Notes: generated from the sequence alone by a model not told the origin. DNA of 64,000 bases from Candidatus Helarchaeota archaeon (GCA_019058315.1 JAHPZH010000002.1:1069910-1133909), one strand, 5' to 3'. Counted from the first letter of the stretch, positions 41,401 through 50,493 are shown. Numbers and translations: made by a program.

Positions 41401-42937
41401 TCTCTCATTGGAATTAGCAGAGAAAAGTATAGCAAAAGATTACTTTGCAAGATCTAGAGTGTTACTGAAGAAAGTCGCTAAAGACGAATTAATCTCCAAG
41501 AGAGAACAGGAGAGAAAAGAACTTATTGAATCAGCACGTATGGCATTAAGAGAAAGAAAAGTTCTAGAAGCTTCTAAATATTATTCGAAGATTGTATCAA
41601 TTTCTATACAATTAGGCGATCTAGAAACCGCACAGAAGTTCTCTAACTTAATGGCCTCCACCGAAGACCAACTTAAATTGTTAAAAGACCAAGAATTAAG
41701 AACAGAATTAAAAGATATTCTCCAAAAAGCTGATAAGGCAATGGGTAAACAAAAATTCGATGCAGCAGCGAAATACTTCGAAGAGGCTTCTCGTTTATTA
41801 TTACTCCTTGATGAGCCAGAAGGTGTAAGAAAGTTTTCTAGTTGGGCTAAACTTTCACGAGAACGTCAAGAATTATTTTCTGAAGAAGTAACGGATTGGA
41901 AAGCTGATTTAAATAAAATTATAGATGAAACTGAAAAAGTTGTGGAAAAGAAAAAGGAGGAAGCAGACTACGACCAAGTTATTTTAAATCTGCTTAAAAT
42001 TGCAATTTATTATTTAGAACTTGAAGATGAAAATAAATTTAGAGAATATCGTCAAATGGCCAAAAGTTATTCTGATAAGCTGAAAATATTTAGAACCGAT
42101 AGAAGGGCAGATATAGAATCAGAAAAACTTAAGATTCTGCAAAAAGCAGAGCAGGCAGAATCTAAAAATGATTTTAAAAATGCAGCGGAATTATATGAAA
42201 AAGCAGCAAAATTGGCAATTGATCTCGGAGATCGCTATGAAGGAAGGTCAATTATGGAAAAGGCACAAATACTTTTTAAACAAGCAAAGAAATGGGCTGA
42301 AAGTGAAAAAATAGAAGAATTAATGAAACCAATTAAACCTGCTCCAAAAGAAATTTCTAAGCCTCCTAAACCTAGACTTATGACTGAATTACCTAAACCT
42401 AAACCAATTAAACCCTTAATTGAAAGAATTAAACCTACAGAACTTCCTGAAATAAAAGTGATATCTGAACCAATTGAACCAGAAAAAATCATTACAAAAC
42501 CAATTGTTGAAAAACCAATTCCTAAAGTGATTCCTAAAGAACCACTACCCACAATAGAAGAACAAAAAATTAAGAATATTCGAAATCAGATAGATAAATT
42601 ACATACTCTAGTTTTTGACTGTCAAAAAAATAATAGAATTAATACAGCCATTCATTATTATAAACAAGCATCCATTTTAGCTAATCAAATCAACGATAAA
42701 CGATTGGCTGACTCTTATTTTCTTAAAATAGAGGAATTAAAAGTTTCAAAGCCTAAAAAGATTGAATCAAGGGATAGATTGCAAAAATTAATGGAATCTT
42801 CTGAGAATCATATAAGGCAGAAAAAGTTTGCTAAGGCAATTGAAGAATTAAAAGATATTGCAGAAATATTTTTCTCACAGGGTGATGAAGAAGCGGGAAT
42901 TGATTTTTTGGATAGAATTAAAGAAATTCAAGAATAA
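35444..42937 (+). CDS. Giant single-pass surface protein: glycosylated Ig-like ectodomain, TM, cytoplasmic TPR/SNAP-like repeats
   Basis: N-terminal hydrophobic anchor, about 1850 aa beta-rich region dense in NxS/T, TM at about 41134-41200, about 7 A...E....Y..AA..Y helical repeats and a Pro-rich linker. Confidence 0.85.
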   Translation: MIYMNGSVNLIKRCSFRKRAALMITLFLMITNFIIPIVIESSKNSENYVQDFINLDNFNTPKKKNPITDPNIPLKTLSNGEFTGYGNNRSVTAFFDSYGSTNGNSTNLEIDTNGWDFSAINFTIDQLTAYNHTKILEDQASFSYDVATDLYLMSFNISQDANLTKISFLLRSQADNTTIFIYSANASLAPDSVLYKINTSGFDAGLGSGTWINFTLTENNSLQLSQTNNGTFFIGINRTVSTLQWRGENDGVDGGKVFRQVGIVWEEDPGIDLTLKLKFTPLNETPNPTDVNLRINGQSVLNNFTWKNNSRLNATGSAVIFDIDSSWGNLTYRANWTANLIQNLNGITNFSANATQNIVNWNISISNLDFGAISSNKQINVSLPISWNISTVFRDSTPYGNFDNVTENNLKILRIFDPPNSSWNIGAESQNYITSIKLYKGSNEVNSSIMFEQITVNGSLKNKCFDTSNLTIILGGVEKNTTILTPNENISIDVVLNDSFGIVTNGNYTFRLTFNNGTDVGLNQTYLYVLNKTYLNDISPEAQRTIYYSGAILNITVNFTMSYWDGLNFTEQPIDNLSGGNITYNLPEITGNNWIPLNFNPTKKIWTITILLNMDIGKYTIYVNASKNGAEYQSFSRTIEIIYFNGTIKGNGDQRPIIIQGYENGTYLFGDESEIQLPVHGHNLTYANFTIFNLSSINKKILETNINFNSYNITEKTYAMKFNISAPSFITKIGFHLYINHATFTQLTNLNVYLWNASWTGSRIEPDKIIWNNINNLATIGPLNQKIFELNIPNLFLDTILTSNNSYFLTLNGTPVGLPNLSPNWLYTNDSIDGINNGEAYNFTGGSWTLLDKDFWMNVTLIEFKNASQLSLNISNIPVSDNPNLKYSGFWESSNTFLADLTGNVSLSVQANESDISYIINYTIIYENSSVDSLTKYSFNVTKNVIKWNVSFIAGLPDNAFNGSINITYPKSWNASLIYTPNKLNYTNTEILNLGNLKLLLIKNINSSYNGSWNLIFYSNKVISNIWIWNNTGGGYQQVNNAYITNTIKINATVTNAINGWGNISIFNSKDTLNNLISLTSPTQNSDYDFSDYTLMDNLTTDGNCTVLFLWSNGTEVSAELEFLYVRNVSSLVIISPESPELQGNLIEGIKGSTFNLTLYFNMSYWDSGWTSVAINDSPSTLVSYQTNSLDIANPTSGNLTFIGNGTWTKIFNVPTVNASYYLFINASGENIRASSRNFTIIVSNSSNLELIPPIQSVFWGENVTFSLNYTDQISGSPIIGANITEVNYTIFSLAQSGLFLENINYTTTSQNGIYNITIISRTLLNYTYNITFKINIIGFQTQSQTGTLFVNNRSTTLTLVLAPIPIFLGDNVSFVIFYEDTINNSGISDAIIMTNASTLLDFTLSQVAGEPGNYSINLDSSNFNNIGTFLIEFNASKNLYDIAYLNVFVQVSLFYTNLTPISGVNGTIYDWNISVMLNSSHKVQVKYLNLWDNSPVEDALIDAYLEDTLLSTSQLGNGNYSITLDASVISNPDINENYTLNVTMYKTGYETQTINITVKFVPLTTILTPIQDYINASHNDVISIDVILTNINLENIAPSFGIITYNITNSSGGYYKNGTLNYQTGYYTGSVQLLSTELANGTYDIIVNFSSNYNFYLNSSCTIALNFSVETPIIPTVIEFVNLPTIVNESSYVDIIINVTNAQKTETIPFGLVEITIIASFGDGSTQTNIINTNTSASGDANISYFVPYESISISITANYYGSSQFEQSSNSTSILVVRQKIDLTLLLLPPLFVPEGLPLFITGQIKTTNGTVLNGTIVLSISIALSISSLPILHTFSINFTPSSDGLFIFILPIPENIFSVSVSATYYGTRGYKVEASPRAVAILNELEYFIRENFFLLLIIFLIIALVIIGIVTYFKAIRPKTEPLTAKKKRLMSQRMETTKELAKITKELDKLRSDTLIQAQKAERDGLYEEAAKAYEKVGNLSLELAEKSIAKDYFARSRVLLKKVAKDELISKREQERKELIESARMALRERKVLEASKYYSKIVSISIQLGDLETAQKFSNLMASTEDQLKLLKDQELRTELKDILQKADKAMGKQKFDAAAKYFEEASRLLLLLDEPEGVRKFSSWAKLSRERQELFSEEVTDWKADLNKIIDETEKVVEKKKEEADYDQVILNLLKIAIYYLELEDENKFREYRQMAKSYSDKLKIFRTDRRADIESEKLKILQKAEQAESKNDFKNAAELYEKAAKLAIDLGDRYEGRSIMEKAQILFKQAKKWAESEKIEELMKPIKPAPKEISKPPKPRLMTELPKPKPIKPLIERIKPTELPEIKVISEPIEPEKIITKPIVEKPIPKVIPKEPLPTIEEQKIKNIRNQIDKLHTLVFDCQKNNRINTAIHYYKQASILANQINDKRLADSYFLKIEELKVSKPKKIESRDRLQKLMESSENHIRQKKFAKAIEELKDIAEIFFSQGDEEAGIDFLDRIKEIQE

Positions 42938-42944
42938 CAATATT

Positions 42945-44228
42945 TTATTTTTTAAACGTCCAATCCTTCTTAATAGTATCTTCTTTTGGTAATATTAAAG
43001 TATCATTGGGAATATCTTCCCATATATTCATATTTGGTCCTATAACACAATTTACCCCAATAATTACTCCTGGCATAAAAGTCACTCCTATTCCAGATTG
43101 GCTATTATCTCCAATAATTGCACCGAGTTTTTTTCTTCTACTATCAACCCGTTTATCTTTTATATTGGCTTTAACAGAACCTTTGGTAAATTTAAGGTTT
43201 GCAGTAATTGTTCCTGCACCTAAATTAACATTTCTTCCTATTATTGAATCACCTATGTAACTTAAATGGGGAGCTTTCGAATTACTCATCACTAAACTGG
43301 CTTTTATCTCACAAGCATTTCCTATTCTTACTCTATCTCCTAGGACAGTATTGGATCTTAGGTAACAATTGGGTCCAATATCACAATTTTTTCCTATTAA
43401 TACAGGTCCATCTATATATGTGCCGGAACGAATAATAGTACCTTCACCGATCCCAACAGGATCTTTAATAGTTACATTGTTTTCTATAGTTCCTCTGTTT
43501 TCTAAAGGCCAATTAGGAAGTAACAATTCATTTGCCTCCAACAAATCCCATGGAACTCCAATATCTTTCCATATTGAACTAATTTCAAAGTCAATAATGT
43601 CAAAATCGTCATCAATTAACATTTGAATTGAGTCGGTTATTTCATATTCATTTCGTTTTGACAATTTTGTCCTTTTAATCGCATTAAATATTTCATGGCC
43701 AAAAATATAAACTCCTGCATTGGCTAAATTAGTAGGTGCAGTTCCAGGTTCAGGTTTTTCAATAATTTTTTTAATTTTATCATTTTCTTTAGCAATTACT
43801 CCATATTTAGAGGGATCTTCCACAGGGTAAACTGATAATAAAGAATGAGGTTTCTTAGTGTTAAATTTATTTACAATCGACTTATATACATCGGGAGAAA
43901 TTAAAACATCTCCATATTGCATAAAAAAAGGTTCAGAACCTATTAACTTTTCAGCTAGACCTACTGCTTGAGCTGTACCCTTCGGATCATCTTGATTCAC
44001 AAATTCTATATTAACTCCAAACTCAGAACCATCCCCAAGATATTCTTTAATTAATTTGTCAAGATAACCAATAAGAATTATTATATCTTTGATTCCTGCG
44101 GATTTTAATCCATCGATTATGTGCTTAATCAATGGCTTGCCCACAATTGGAAGAAGATGTTTAGGTCTGGTAAATGTGAACGGTCTTAATCTTGTCCCTT
44201 TACCTGCACATAAGAGTAGAGCTTTAAT
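42945..44228 (-). CDS. glmU: Bifunctional sugar-1-phosphate nucleotidylyltransferase/acetyltransferase (archaeal GlmU-like); ATT start
   Basis: The upstream frame gives (I)KALLLCAGKGTRLRPFT..RPK.LLP; also EKP, EYEITD and hexapeptide repeats (HLSYIGDS, GAGTITAN). Confidence 0.88.
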   Translation of the reverse strand: MKALLLCAGKGTRLRPFTFTRPKHLLPIVGKPLIKHIIDGLKSAGIKDIIILIGYLDKLIKEYLGDGSEFGVNIEFVNQDDPKGTAQAVGLAEKLIGSEPFFMQYGDVLISPDVYKSIVNKFNTKKPHSLLSVYPVEDPSKYGVIAKENDKIKKIIEKPEPGTAPTNLANAGVYIFGHEIFNAIKRTKLSKRNEYEITDSIQMLIDDDFDIIDFEISSIWKDIGVPWDLLEANELLLPNWPLENRGTIENNVTIKDPVGIGEGTIIRSGTYIDGPVLIGKNCDIGPNCYLRSNTVLGDRVRIGNACEIKASLVMSNSKAPHLSYIGDSIIGRNVNLGAGTITANLKFTKGSVKANIKDKRVDSRRKKLGAIIGDNSQSGIGVTFMPGVIIGVNCVIGPNMNIWEDIPNDTLILPKEDTIKKDWTFKK

Positions 44229-44271
44229 ATTAATCGCCTTTAGTACTTTATTAATTCCTTATTAAAATAAA

Positions 44272-44895
44272 TTATAAGACAATAGAACTTAATAATCTGC
44301 GAGTTTTTAGTTCTTTATCCTCCATATTTTTTAAAGTTTCTTCTAATCTCGCCTCTAATTCGACAATATCAAGTGATAAATTTACATTTTCTGCTTTAAC
44401 CTTATCAAATTCATTGTATAATTTTTGAATAGTAACATTTCTCTTATTCATTTCATCTACTAATCTTGTACAAATTACGGGAAGAAGATCAACTTGTTTC
44501 TGTAATTCTTCGATTTTTCTTGATTGTTCTAATATTCTTTTTGATTGTTCAATTATTGTTTTTTTAAATTCGCTATGATCATTTTGAGGTTCGTAAAGTA
44601 TTTGAGAAGCTCTTTCTTCTTGAAGCCTAGCCGAATTAGCTCTAATTTGTTGAATAATTTCTCTTTGTTCTACAATTTGAATATCTTTTTCTATTACTCT
44701 TTTCTCTAATCTTTCTATTTCTCCCTTTAATGCTTGAATTGTCTCCGCCATCTGAGGAGCAATATCTTCTTTAAAGGTTATGATTTGGGCTTCTTGTGAA
44801 TCTATTTGAGTTTGTAGTTTTTCTACCATACTGTTTATTTCTGTTCTTTGTTCTTCCTCTGTCTGCATTTTCTTTTTACGCTTAAAAAATCTCAT
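44272..44895 (-). CDS. All-coiled-coil hypothetical protein
   Basis: Heptad-rich E/Q/K/L sequence; ATG 44895 follows GAGG. Confidence 0.7.
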   Translation of the reverse strand: MRFFKRKKKMQTEEEQRTEINSMVEKLQTQIDSQEAQIITFKEDIAPQMAETIQALKGEIERLEKRVIEKDIQIVEQREIIQQIRANSARLQEERASQILYEPQNDHSEFKKTIIEQSKRILEQSRKIEELQKQVDLLPVICTRLVDEMNKRNVTIQKLYNEFDKVKAENVNLSLDIVELEARLEETLKNMEDKELKTRRLLSSIVL

Positions 44896-44965
44896 TAAGA
44901 CCGTCCTCAAAAACCTAAGGACAATTGTTATTAAAATAGTTTTTTATTTATGTAAAATTTGATTT

Positions 44966-45589
44966 TTAAGAAGCCGCAGAGCTCTCTTTAGGCATTTTAA
45001 CTAATTTTATCTTCATTACTTCTGAACGACGAATTGGATATATTTTCTCGCATCGTTGGGTAATTTCTTTTGCAATATTCCCATATACTGCGTTATATGA
45101 AAATTCAGAAAAAGACAACGTAGTTGCAGCTCTCTCTATTATTTCACTCATGATATTTCGAATTTCTTTTTGTTGATTAGTTTTTGCTCGCCTCTGAGTA
45201 AGGACCATTGCTGTGACTCTTATAAAATATCCGTCTTTTGTAGTTAAATTAAAAATTCCATCAATTCTTGATGTAGTACGCCTTACCAAACTTCGAAGAT
45301 AATCTCGAGTAAAATCAGAGCCAATAAACATTGTTTTTATTGTATTTGAAGCATCTAAAAGCTCATTGAATTTAAACTTCAAAATAATATGAGTGTGGTT
45401 AAAATCACCTGTTAGATCATAAAGAGTTGCTTCAAACACTCTATCATTTAATTTTTTATTCCCCTCAAATGCTGGTGTTTTACCAATAATTTTATTTTGA
45501 AAAACTTTAGGAGCTTCTATGGTGTACCATATCTTATCTTTAAATTTATCTCCTGCTGATTTCTTTTCTTTTCGTCTCGATTTTCCCAA
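44966..45589 (-). CDS. rps3ae: 30S ribosomal protein S3Ae (eS1)
   Basis: DKFKDKIWY.I.AP, RDYLRSLVRR..SRID, KIYPIRRSEV.K; probable TTG start at 45589. Confidence 0.96.
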   Translation of the reverse strand: MGKSRRKEKKSAGDKFKDKIWYTIEAPKVFQNKIIGKTPAFEGNKKLNDRVFEATLYDLTGDFNHTHIILKFKFNELLDASNTIKTMFIGSDFTRDYLRSLVRRTTSRIDGIFNLTTKDGYFIRVTAMVLTQRRAKTNQQKEIRNIMSEIIERAATTLSFSEFSYNAVYGNIAKEITQRCEKIYPIRRSEVMKIKLVKMPKESSAAS

Positions 45590-45653
45590 TTTCTTTGCTT
45601 CCAAATATATTAAAGAAAATTTGAATTTAATAGGATGAATAGAGAGATGGTAT

Positions 45654-47102
45654 TTATAAATTTCTATTTTTATTTGAAATCTGTTTTTCAATAATAGTAT
45701 CCAATGTTTCTAAAAATTTTTCCTCAAGATTTGTAGGAATTTGTCCACCAGCGGCAATATTATGTCCTCCAGCTTCTCCTTCAATTTCTAAATTTTTAAT
45801 TGTTTCCCTTAATGCCTCACCTAAATCCAGACCCTTTTCAATGAGCTCAGGAAATCCTCTTGCCGAAATTTTACTCATGTTTTCAGCATCTTTTATATAT
45901 GCAATACCAATAAGAGGTTTATCTGATTTTATCAAATTAGAAGAGGTTACGATTGATGTTATGGTCCCTATCATTTTATCAATTATTTTATTTCCACCAT
46001 GAAAATGATATATCGCTTTTTTTTCTTTAAGAACATCCTGTTCCTGAAACCAATTAAGGTATTCAGCTATCTTTTTTCTATATTCTGTTAAACTTTTTAA
46101 TGCTTCTTTAAAACTGTCAGCATCTCCCATACATATAGAAACTCCTAAACCTCCTTTACTCATTCGTCCACATGCGTTTAAAAGTGAAGAAAATTCCCTA
46201 GCATCTCTTAATACACTCCCTTTCTCTTGATCTAAAAAATTATAAGATGTTCCTATCAAATTTAAAGCTTCTTTTCGATCTAAACCCTTTTTTAATGCAA
46301 ATTTAACAATTTCAGAGTTAAGTTTTACTTTTTCATCTTGAGATAGATCAGAAATAGTTCTCCATTTTTTATCTTCTTTAGGTTTAATCCCTGCCGCCAT
46401 TAAAAGTCTTATACAATTTTCTTCGTTCCCAGAAATCCCGGGAATAAAAGGTTCAGTTGTATATTTTAAAGAAAGATGAATAGGCCTCGATTCTTTTCCA
46501 AAAAATCGTAAATCTCTTTCAACTTTTAATATTCCAGCATTACTTCCATCTTTTATAATTAAATCATTAAGTCCCGAAAGAGAATAATATTTACCTTTGT
46601 CTTGTCGATCTCCAATTCCTCCTACAATAGCTAAATTAGCAAGATCGATATTTTGTTCATTCAATGCTTTAGCTACAAAATACACAATGCCTGCTCCACT
46701 AATTTCTGTAACACCATTAATTCCAAAAAGATGAGGATTTACATGTATAAATGGTGTTTTATTTTCATTCATTGGTTTATGATGATCAAGTATAATTACC
46801 TTAGTATCTATTAGATATTCTTTCAAATAATCAATTTGACCTGAGCCCATATCTAAGAATATATAATTTTTTCTTTTTTCATCTACTAACTCATTTATAA
46901 AAGATTTTTCTAATTGTCGTATTATTCGTAAATGAAATTTTCCCCCTTCTCTATATAATGCTTGAGATATAATTCCACCAGCTGAAAGACCGTCTGCATC
47001 TAAATGAGTCGTAATACGGATTATTTCATCATTATGGATCCAGTTGTGAATCTCATCTGCTGCTTTCTTTATATAATTAAAAAATTCTGAATACTCTTCC
47101 AA
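45654..47102 (-). CDS. DHH-family RecJ/GAN/Cdc45-like protein
   Basis: HLDADG, DMGSG, LDHH, GGIGD, NACGR, GGHNIAAG; sits between rps15 and rps3ae. Confidence 0.92.
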   Translation of the reverse strand: MEEYSEFFNYIKKAADEIHNWIHNDEIIRITTHLDADGLSAGGIISQALYREGGKFHLRIIRQLEKSFINELVDEKRKNYIFLDMGSGQIDYLKEYLIDTKVIILDHHKPMNENKTPFIHVNPHLFGINGVTEISGAGIVYFVAKALNEQNIDLANLAIVGGIGDRQDKGKYYSLSGLNDLIIKDGSNAGILKVERDLRFFGKESRPIHLSLKYTTEPFIPGISGNEENCIRLLMAAGIKPKEDKKWRTISDLSQDEKVKLNSEIVKFALKKGLDRKEALNLIGTSYNFLDQEKGSVLRDAREFSSLLNACGRMSKGGLGVSICMGDADSFKEALKSLTEYRKKIAEYLNWFQEQDVLKEKKAIYHFHGGNKIIDKMIGTITSIVTSSNLIKSDKPLIGIAYIKDAENMSKISARGFPELIEKGLDLGEALRETIKNLEIEGEAGGHNIAAGGQIPTNLEEKFLETLDTIIEKQISNKNRNL

Positions 47103-47191
47103 TCGATCACCGAAATGGAAAATAGAACTAAAAATCCTAAACTAAATATTAAATTGCTCATCCATCACGGAATAAAAATTTTTAATATAAA

Positions 47192-47647
47192 TTATCTTAT
47201 CAACATTGCCGCATCTTTATAACTATATTTCCAAGTTGGGTCTAAAACGCCCTTTCGTTTATAATATTTGGCAAGTCTCCTAACTTTGCTTTCAACTAAT
47301 GTTAATCCCCTTTTAGAACTAAGATCCTTAGGATTCTCTTCTAAATGTCTTCGAAGGTTAACTGCTTTCTTGATTAAATTTAAAATATCATCTGGTAGTG
47401 TTGGTAATAAATCTCTATCTTTTAATATCTCTGAAATTGTTTTTCCAGTTACTAATCGCGTAAAAGGAACTCCATATGAATCCCTTAAAATTATTCCAAT
47501 CATTGATTTAGATTTACCTTCCTTAGATAGACGGATTATAATATCCTCTACTTCTTCAGGAGATCTATTACACCAGTCTGGTAAAGTGGGTCTGGGGGGT
47601 CTTTTAGAACCCGATTTTCCCTTTCTCCTAGTATGCATACGTGCCAT
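47192..47647 (-). CDS. rps15: 30S ribosomal protein S15 (uS15)
   Basis: MARMHTRRKGKSGSKRP, ILRDSYGVP, RRLAKYYK. Confidence 0.98.
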   Translation of the reverse strand: MARMHTRRKGKSGSKRPPRPTLPDWCNRSPEEVEDIIIRLSKEGKSKSMIGIILRDSYGVPFTRLVTGKTISEILKDRDLLPTLPDDILNLIKKAVNLRRHLEENPKDLSSKRGLTLVESKVRRLAKYYKRKGVLDPTWKYSYKDAAMLIR

Positions 47648-47705
47648 TTTCGCAACTCACAATTTATTCATCTTATCTTTATAATGAACTTGCAATTTAT
47701 TAATT

Positions 47706-48269
47706 TTATCTACCTTTAAACCATATTCCAAATTTTTCTAAACTCTTCTTTCTATGTGAGATTTTATTTTTTTCTTCTAAGCCCATTTCTGCATAAGTTT
47801 TGTTATTTCCCTCTTTTGGTAAAAAGATTGGATCAAAACCCCAACCTCCATTATTTCCTTTTAAAATTTTGGTTGAGATTGTTCCAGAAGTTTGACCAAT
47901 AAATGTTATAATAAAATCCTCGGATTCGCAATACGCGATTACAGACTTAAAAATTGCATTTTTATTTGTTTTATCTTTAATTAATTTTAAAATTCCATCA
48001 TTTCCTATTGTCTTATAAACATAAGATGAATATGGACCTGGAAATCCACTTAAGACCTCTATAAATAATCCAGAATCTTCAACGAATACGGGTTTCTTAA
48101 TTTCTTTAAATGCATATTTCACACTAAATTTAGAAATTTCTTCCAGGTCATTTGATTGGATTTCAGGGCATTCCAACAATATAGATTCAACTTTTATTTT
48201 ATATATTGCTAAAATCTTTGTTGCTTCTTTCAATTTATTTTTATTACTTGAAGCAAAATGAATTTTCAA
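47706..48269 (-). CDS. rdgB: Non-canonical purine NTP pyrophosphatase (HAM1/RdgB)
   Basis: SSNKNKLKE, VEDSGL, FPGPYS, WGFDPIF, KNKISHR. Confidence 0.95.
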   Translation of the reverse strand: MKIHFASSNKNKLKEATKILAIYKIKVESILLECPEIQSNDLEEISKFSVKYAFKEIKKPVFVEDSGLFIEVLSGFPGPYSSYVYKTIGNDGILKLIKDKTNKNAIFKSVIAYCESEDFIITFIGQTSGTISTKILKGNNGGWGFDPIFLPKEGNNKTYAEMGLEEKNKISHRKKSLEKFGIWFKGR

Positions 48270-48856
48270 TCAGTATCACTCCCTTCTTCCCCAAAGGTTT
48301 TTTTTTCTTTTTTAAATTTTTTGTTTTCTTTTGAATCCTTAATATATTTAACTTTAATTTCTTTTCTCTCAGGTAAAACAAATATAGTCCCATCATCTGG
48401 ATACTCAAAATGTCCATCTAATAGCTCATCTGCCATAAGTAAAACAATAATATCCTCAATTTTATCTATATCGAAATTTGTTTTTTTCTCTATTGCAGAT
48501 AATGAAATTTTATTACCTTTTATTTTTGAAAGTGAGTGGATTATACTTAAAACACGCATTTTTTCATTTTCAAAGAGTGCTTCTTCAAAAATCTCGTCCT
48601 CTGTTAGATCCGGTTTAATAACCTCTTTAACTTGTTCCTTTTCTCTCTCAGAATATAAAGCTCTTATGTAAGATAAAACTGAATATATAAGAATAAGTGA
48701 AATGATTGGAATTATAGTTGTTAAAACAACCCATCTACCTTGAACATCAAAATTTAGTTGTTCCATAATTCTTATAGTTGGTGGGACAATTAGAAGAAAT
48801 ACAAATAATATCACACCAATAGTGGCTCCAATATAAATAAAATTTACCTTTTTCAT
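48266..48856 (-). CDS. Two-TM membrane protein with a PCI/winged-helix-like cytoplasmic domain
   Basis: Two hydrophobic helices; ISLSAIEKKTNFDIDKIEDIIVLLMADELLDGHF fits the PCI C-terminal pattern. Confidence 0.65.
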   Translation of the reverse strand: MKKVNFIYIGATIGVILFVFLLIVPPTIRIMEQLNFDVQGRWVVLTTIIPIISLILIYSVLSYIRALYSEREKEQVKEVIKPDLTEDEIFEEALFENEKMRVLSIIHSLSKIKGNKISLSAIEKKTNFDIDKIEDIIVLLMADELLDGHFEYPDDGTIFVLPERKEIKVKYIKDSKENKKFKKEKKTFGEEGSDTD

Positions 48857-48863
48857 CCTTTTA

Positions 48864-49490
48864 TCATTCTTTTTGTCTTATAACATATCTTCCTCTATTA
48901 AGAATTTCATCCAATCTATCTATTACCTCAGATCCTTTAGTCTCCATTTCTATTAAATATTGATTTTTAATTTGCTGAAAATAACTCTTAGCATTTTTAA
49001 AATGTGTCGATTGTAATGCTCTTCTTAATAAATGTAAATCAATTCCAAAATCTTCAATTGAATTGGAAAAATCTCCCAATCCAAAATCTATTAAAATTAT
49101 TTTACCCCTTGATAAAATCATATTTGATGTGGTTAAATCTCCATGAATAATCCCATTATTATGTAAGCGACCAACCAAATAACCAATTTTCTTACAAATC
49201 TCCATTGAATTATTTGAGTTAAGAAATAATTCTTTAATTCTTTCTCCTTCTATATATTCCATTATAATTGTCGTATTTGGAATATCCACTTGATAAATTA
49301 TGGGAGTAGAAACCCCTATTCTTCGAGCTTCTGCTAAAAGTTTCGCTTCATGAATGGTTCTATATGTTCGAATTTGTTGATCAAGTGCTTCTATACGATA
49401 GTTTTTTGGTCTTCTAAATTTTCGAATTATCTGTTTTCCATACCAGGTTTCTTTATATAGATATGCTTCGGCTCCTTTTTTTATTAACAT
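48864..49490 (-). CDS. bud32: KEOPS kinase/ATPase Bud32
   Basis: KGAEA, RTIHEA, IHGDLTTSN, IDFGL, RGRY. Confidence 0.96.
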   Translation of the reverse strand: MLIKKGAEAYLYKETWYGKQIIRKFRRPKNYRIEALDQQIRTYRTIHEAKLLAEARRIGVSTPIIYQVDIPNTTIIMEYIEGERIKELFLNSNNSMEICKKIGYLVGRLHNNGIIHGDLTTSNMILSRGKIILIDFGLGDFSNSIEDFGIDLHLLRRALQSTHFKNAKSYFQQIKNQYLIEMETKGSEVIDRLDEILNRGRYVIRQKE

Positions 49491-49506
49491 AACTTTTAAC
49501 CCACTA

Positions 49507-50493
49507 TCACTTTGTTATCCAAGGAATTTCAATTTCATCTAACCGCCATTTAGCTTTTATTTTTGTTTCTGCCAAATTTAATTTCATTCCATGTTGATAT
49601 TGTAAAATTCCAGTCCATGCAATCATTGCTCCATTATCACCCGCCAATTTTGGAGAAACGACATAAAAGTTCACATTATGTTCTTCTGAAATTGATTTTA
49701 ACATTTCCTGTAACCGTTTATTTGCAGCTACTCCCCCCGTTAATAAAATTGAATCTTTTTCGGTGTGTGCTAAAGCTCTCTCTGTTATTTCAGTTAGCAT
49801 TGAAAATGTGACCTCTTGTAGACTATAACAAAGATCATTTAAATTGGCACCTTCTGTAAATTTGTTATTAGCTGCGGTTAATAAACCAGAATAAGATAAA
49901 TCCATTCCTTTAACGACATAAGGTAATTTAATAAAATTTTTACCATTCTTAGCTAATTTCTCAACTTTAGGTCCTCCAGGATGTTGTAATCCTACATGTC
50001 TGGCGAATGTATCAAGTAAATTTCCGATTGGGATATCTAATGTCTCTCCAAATATCCTATATCTACCTTCTTCAAAGCCTGTTACCATTGAATTTCCACC
50101 AGAAACATATAATACAATTGGATCGATATGATTTCCAATCTCTTTTCTACCAATTTCAATATGGGCTAGACAATGATTTACACCAACTAAATCTTTAGAT
50201 AACAACTGGGAAAGTGATCTTGCTGCAACGGCTACAGATCTCAAACAAGGTCCCAACCCCGGTCCTTGTGAAAAGGCAATTAAATCAATATTTTTCATAC
50301 TCAAATTTGCTTTTTTTAGAGCTTCAATTAATAAAGGTTTAAAACATTTAGTGTGATGCTCAACTGCTTCTCTTGGATGTATCCCTCCAGTTTCAGGAAT
50401 ATATTGATCACTAATATTTACTAAAATTTTCTCATCTTGGATTATTCCAAAACTTAAGGTATGTGCAGTTCCTTCTATTCCTAAAGTTATCAT
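49507..50493 (-). CDS. kae1: KEOPS t6A synthase Kae1/TsaD
   Basis: GIEGTAHT, GGIHPRE, GPGLGPCL, HC.AHIE, YVSGGN, DNGAMIAW. Confidence 0.97.
   Translation of the reverse strand: MITLGIEGTAHTLSFGIIQDEKILVNISDQYIPETGGIHPREAVEHHTKCFKPLLIEALKKANLSMKNIDLIAFSQGPGLGPCLRSVAVAARSLSQLLSKDLVGVNHCLAHIEIGRKEIGNHIDPIVLYVSGGNSMVTGFEEGRYRIFGETLDIPIGNLLDTFARHVGLQHPGGPKVEKLAKNGKNFIKLPYVVKGMDLSYSGLLTAANNKFTEGANLNDLCYSLQEVTFSMLTEITERALAHTEKDSILLTGGVAANKRLQEMLKSISEEHNVNFYVVSPKLAGDNGAMIAWTGILQYQHGMKLNLAETKIKAKWRLDEIEIPWITK

Noticed and set aside
45590-45691. N-terminal extension of rps3ae in the ORF track
   Set aside because: It overlaps the RecJ/Cdc45 3' end and a TATA-like element; homology begins near TTG 45589.
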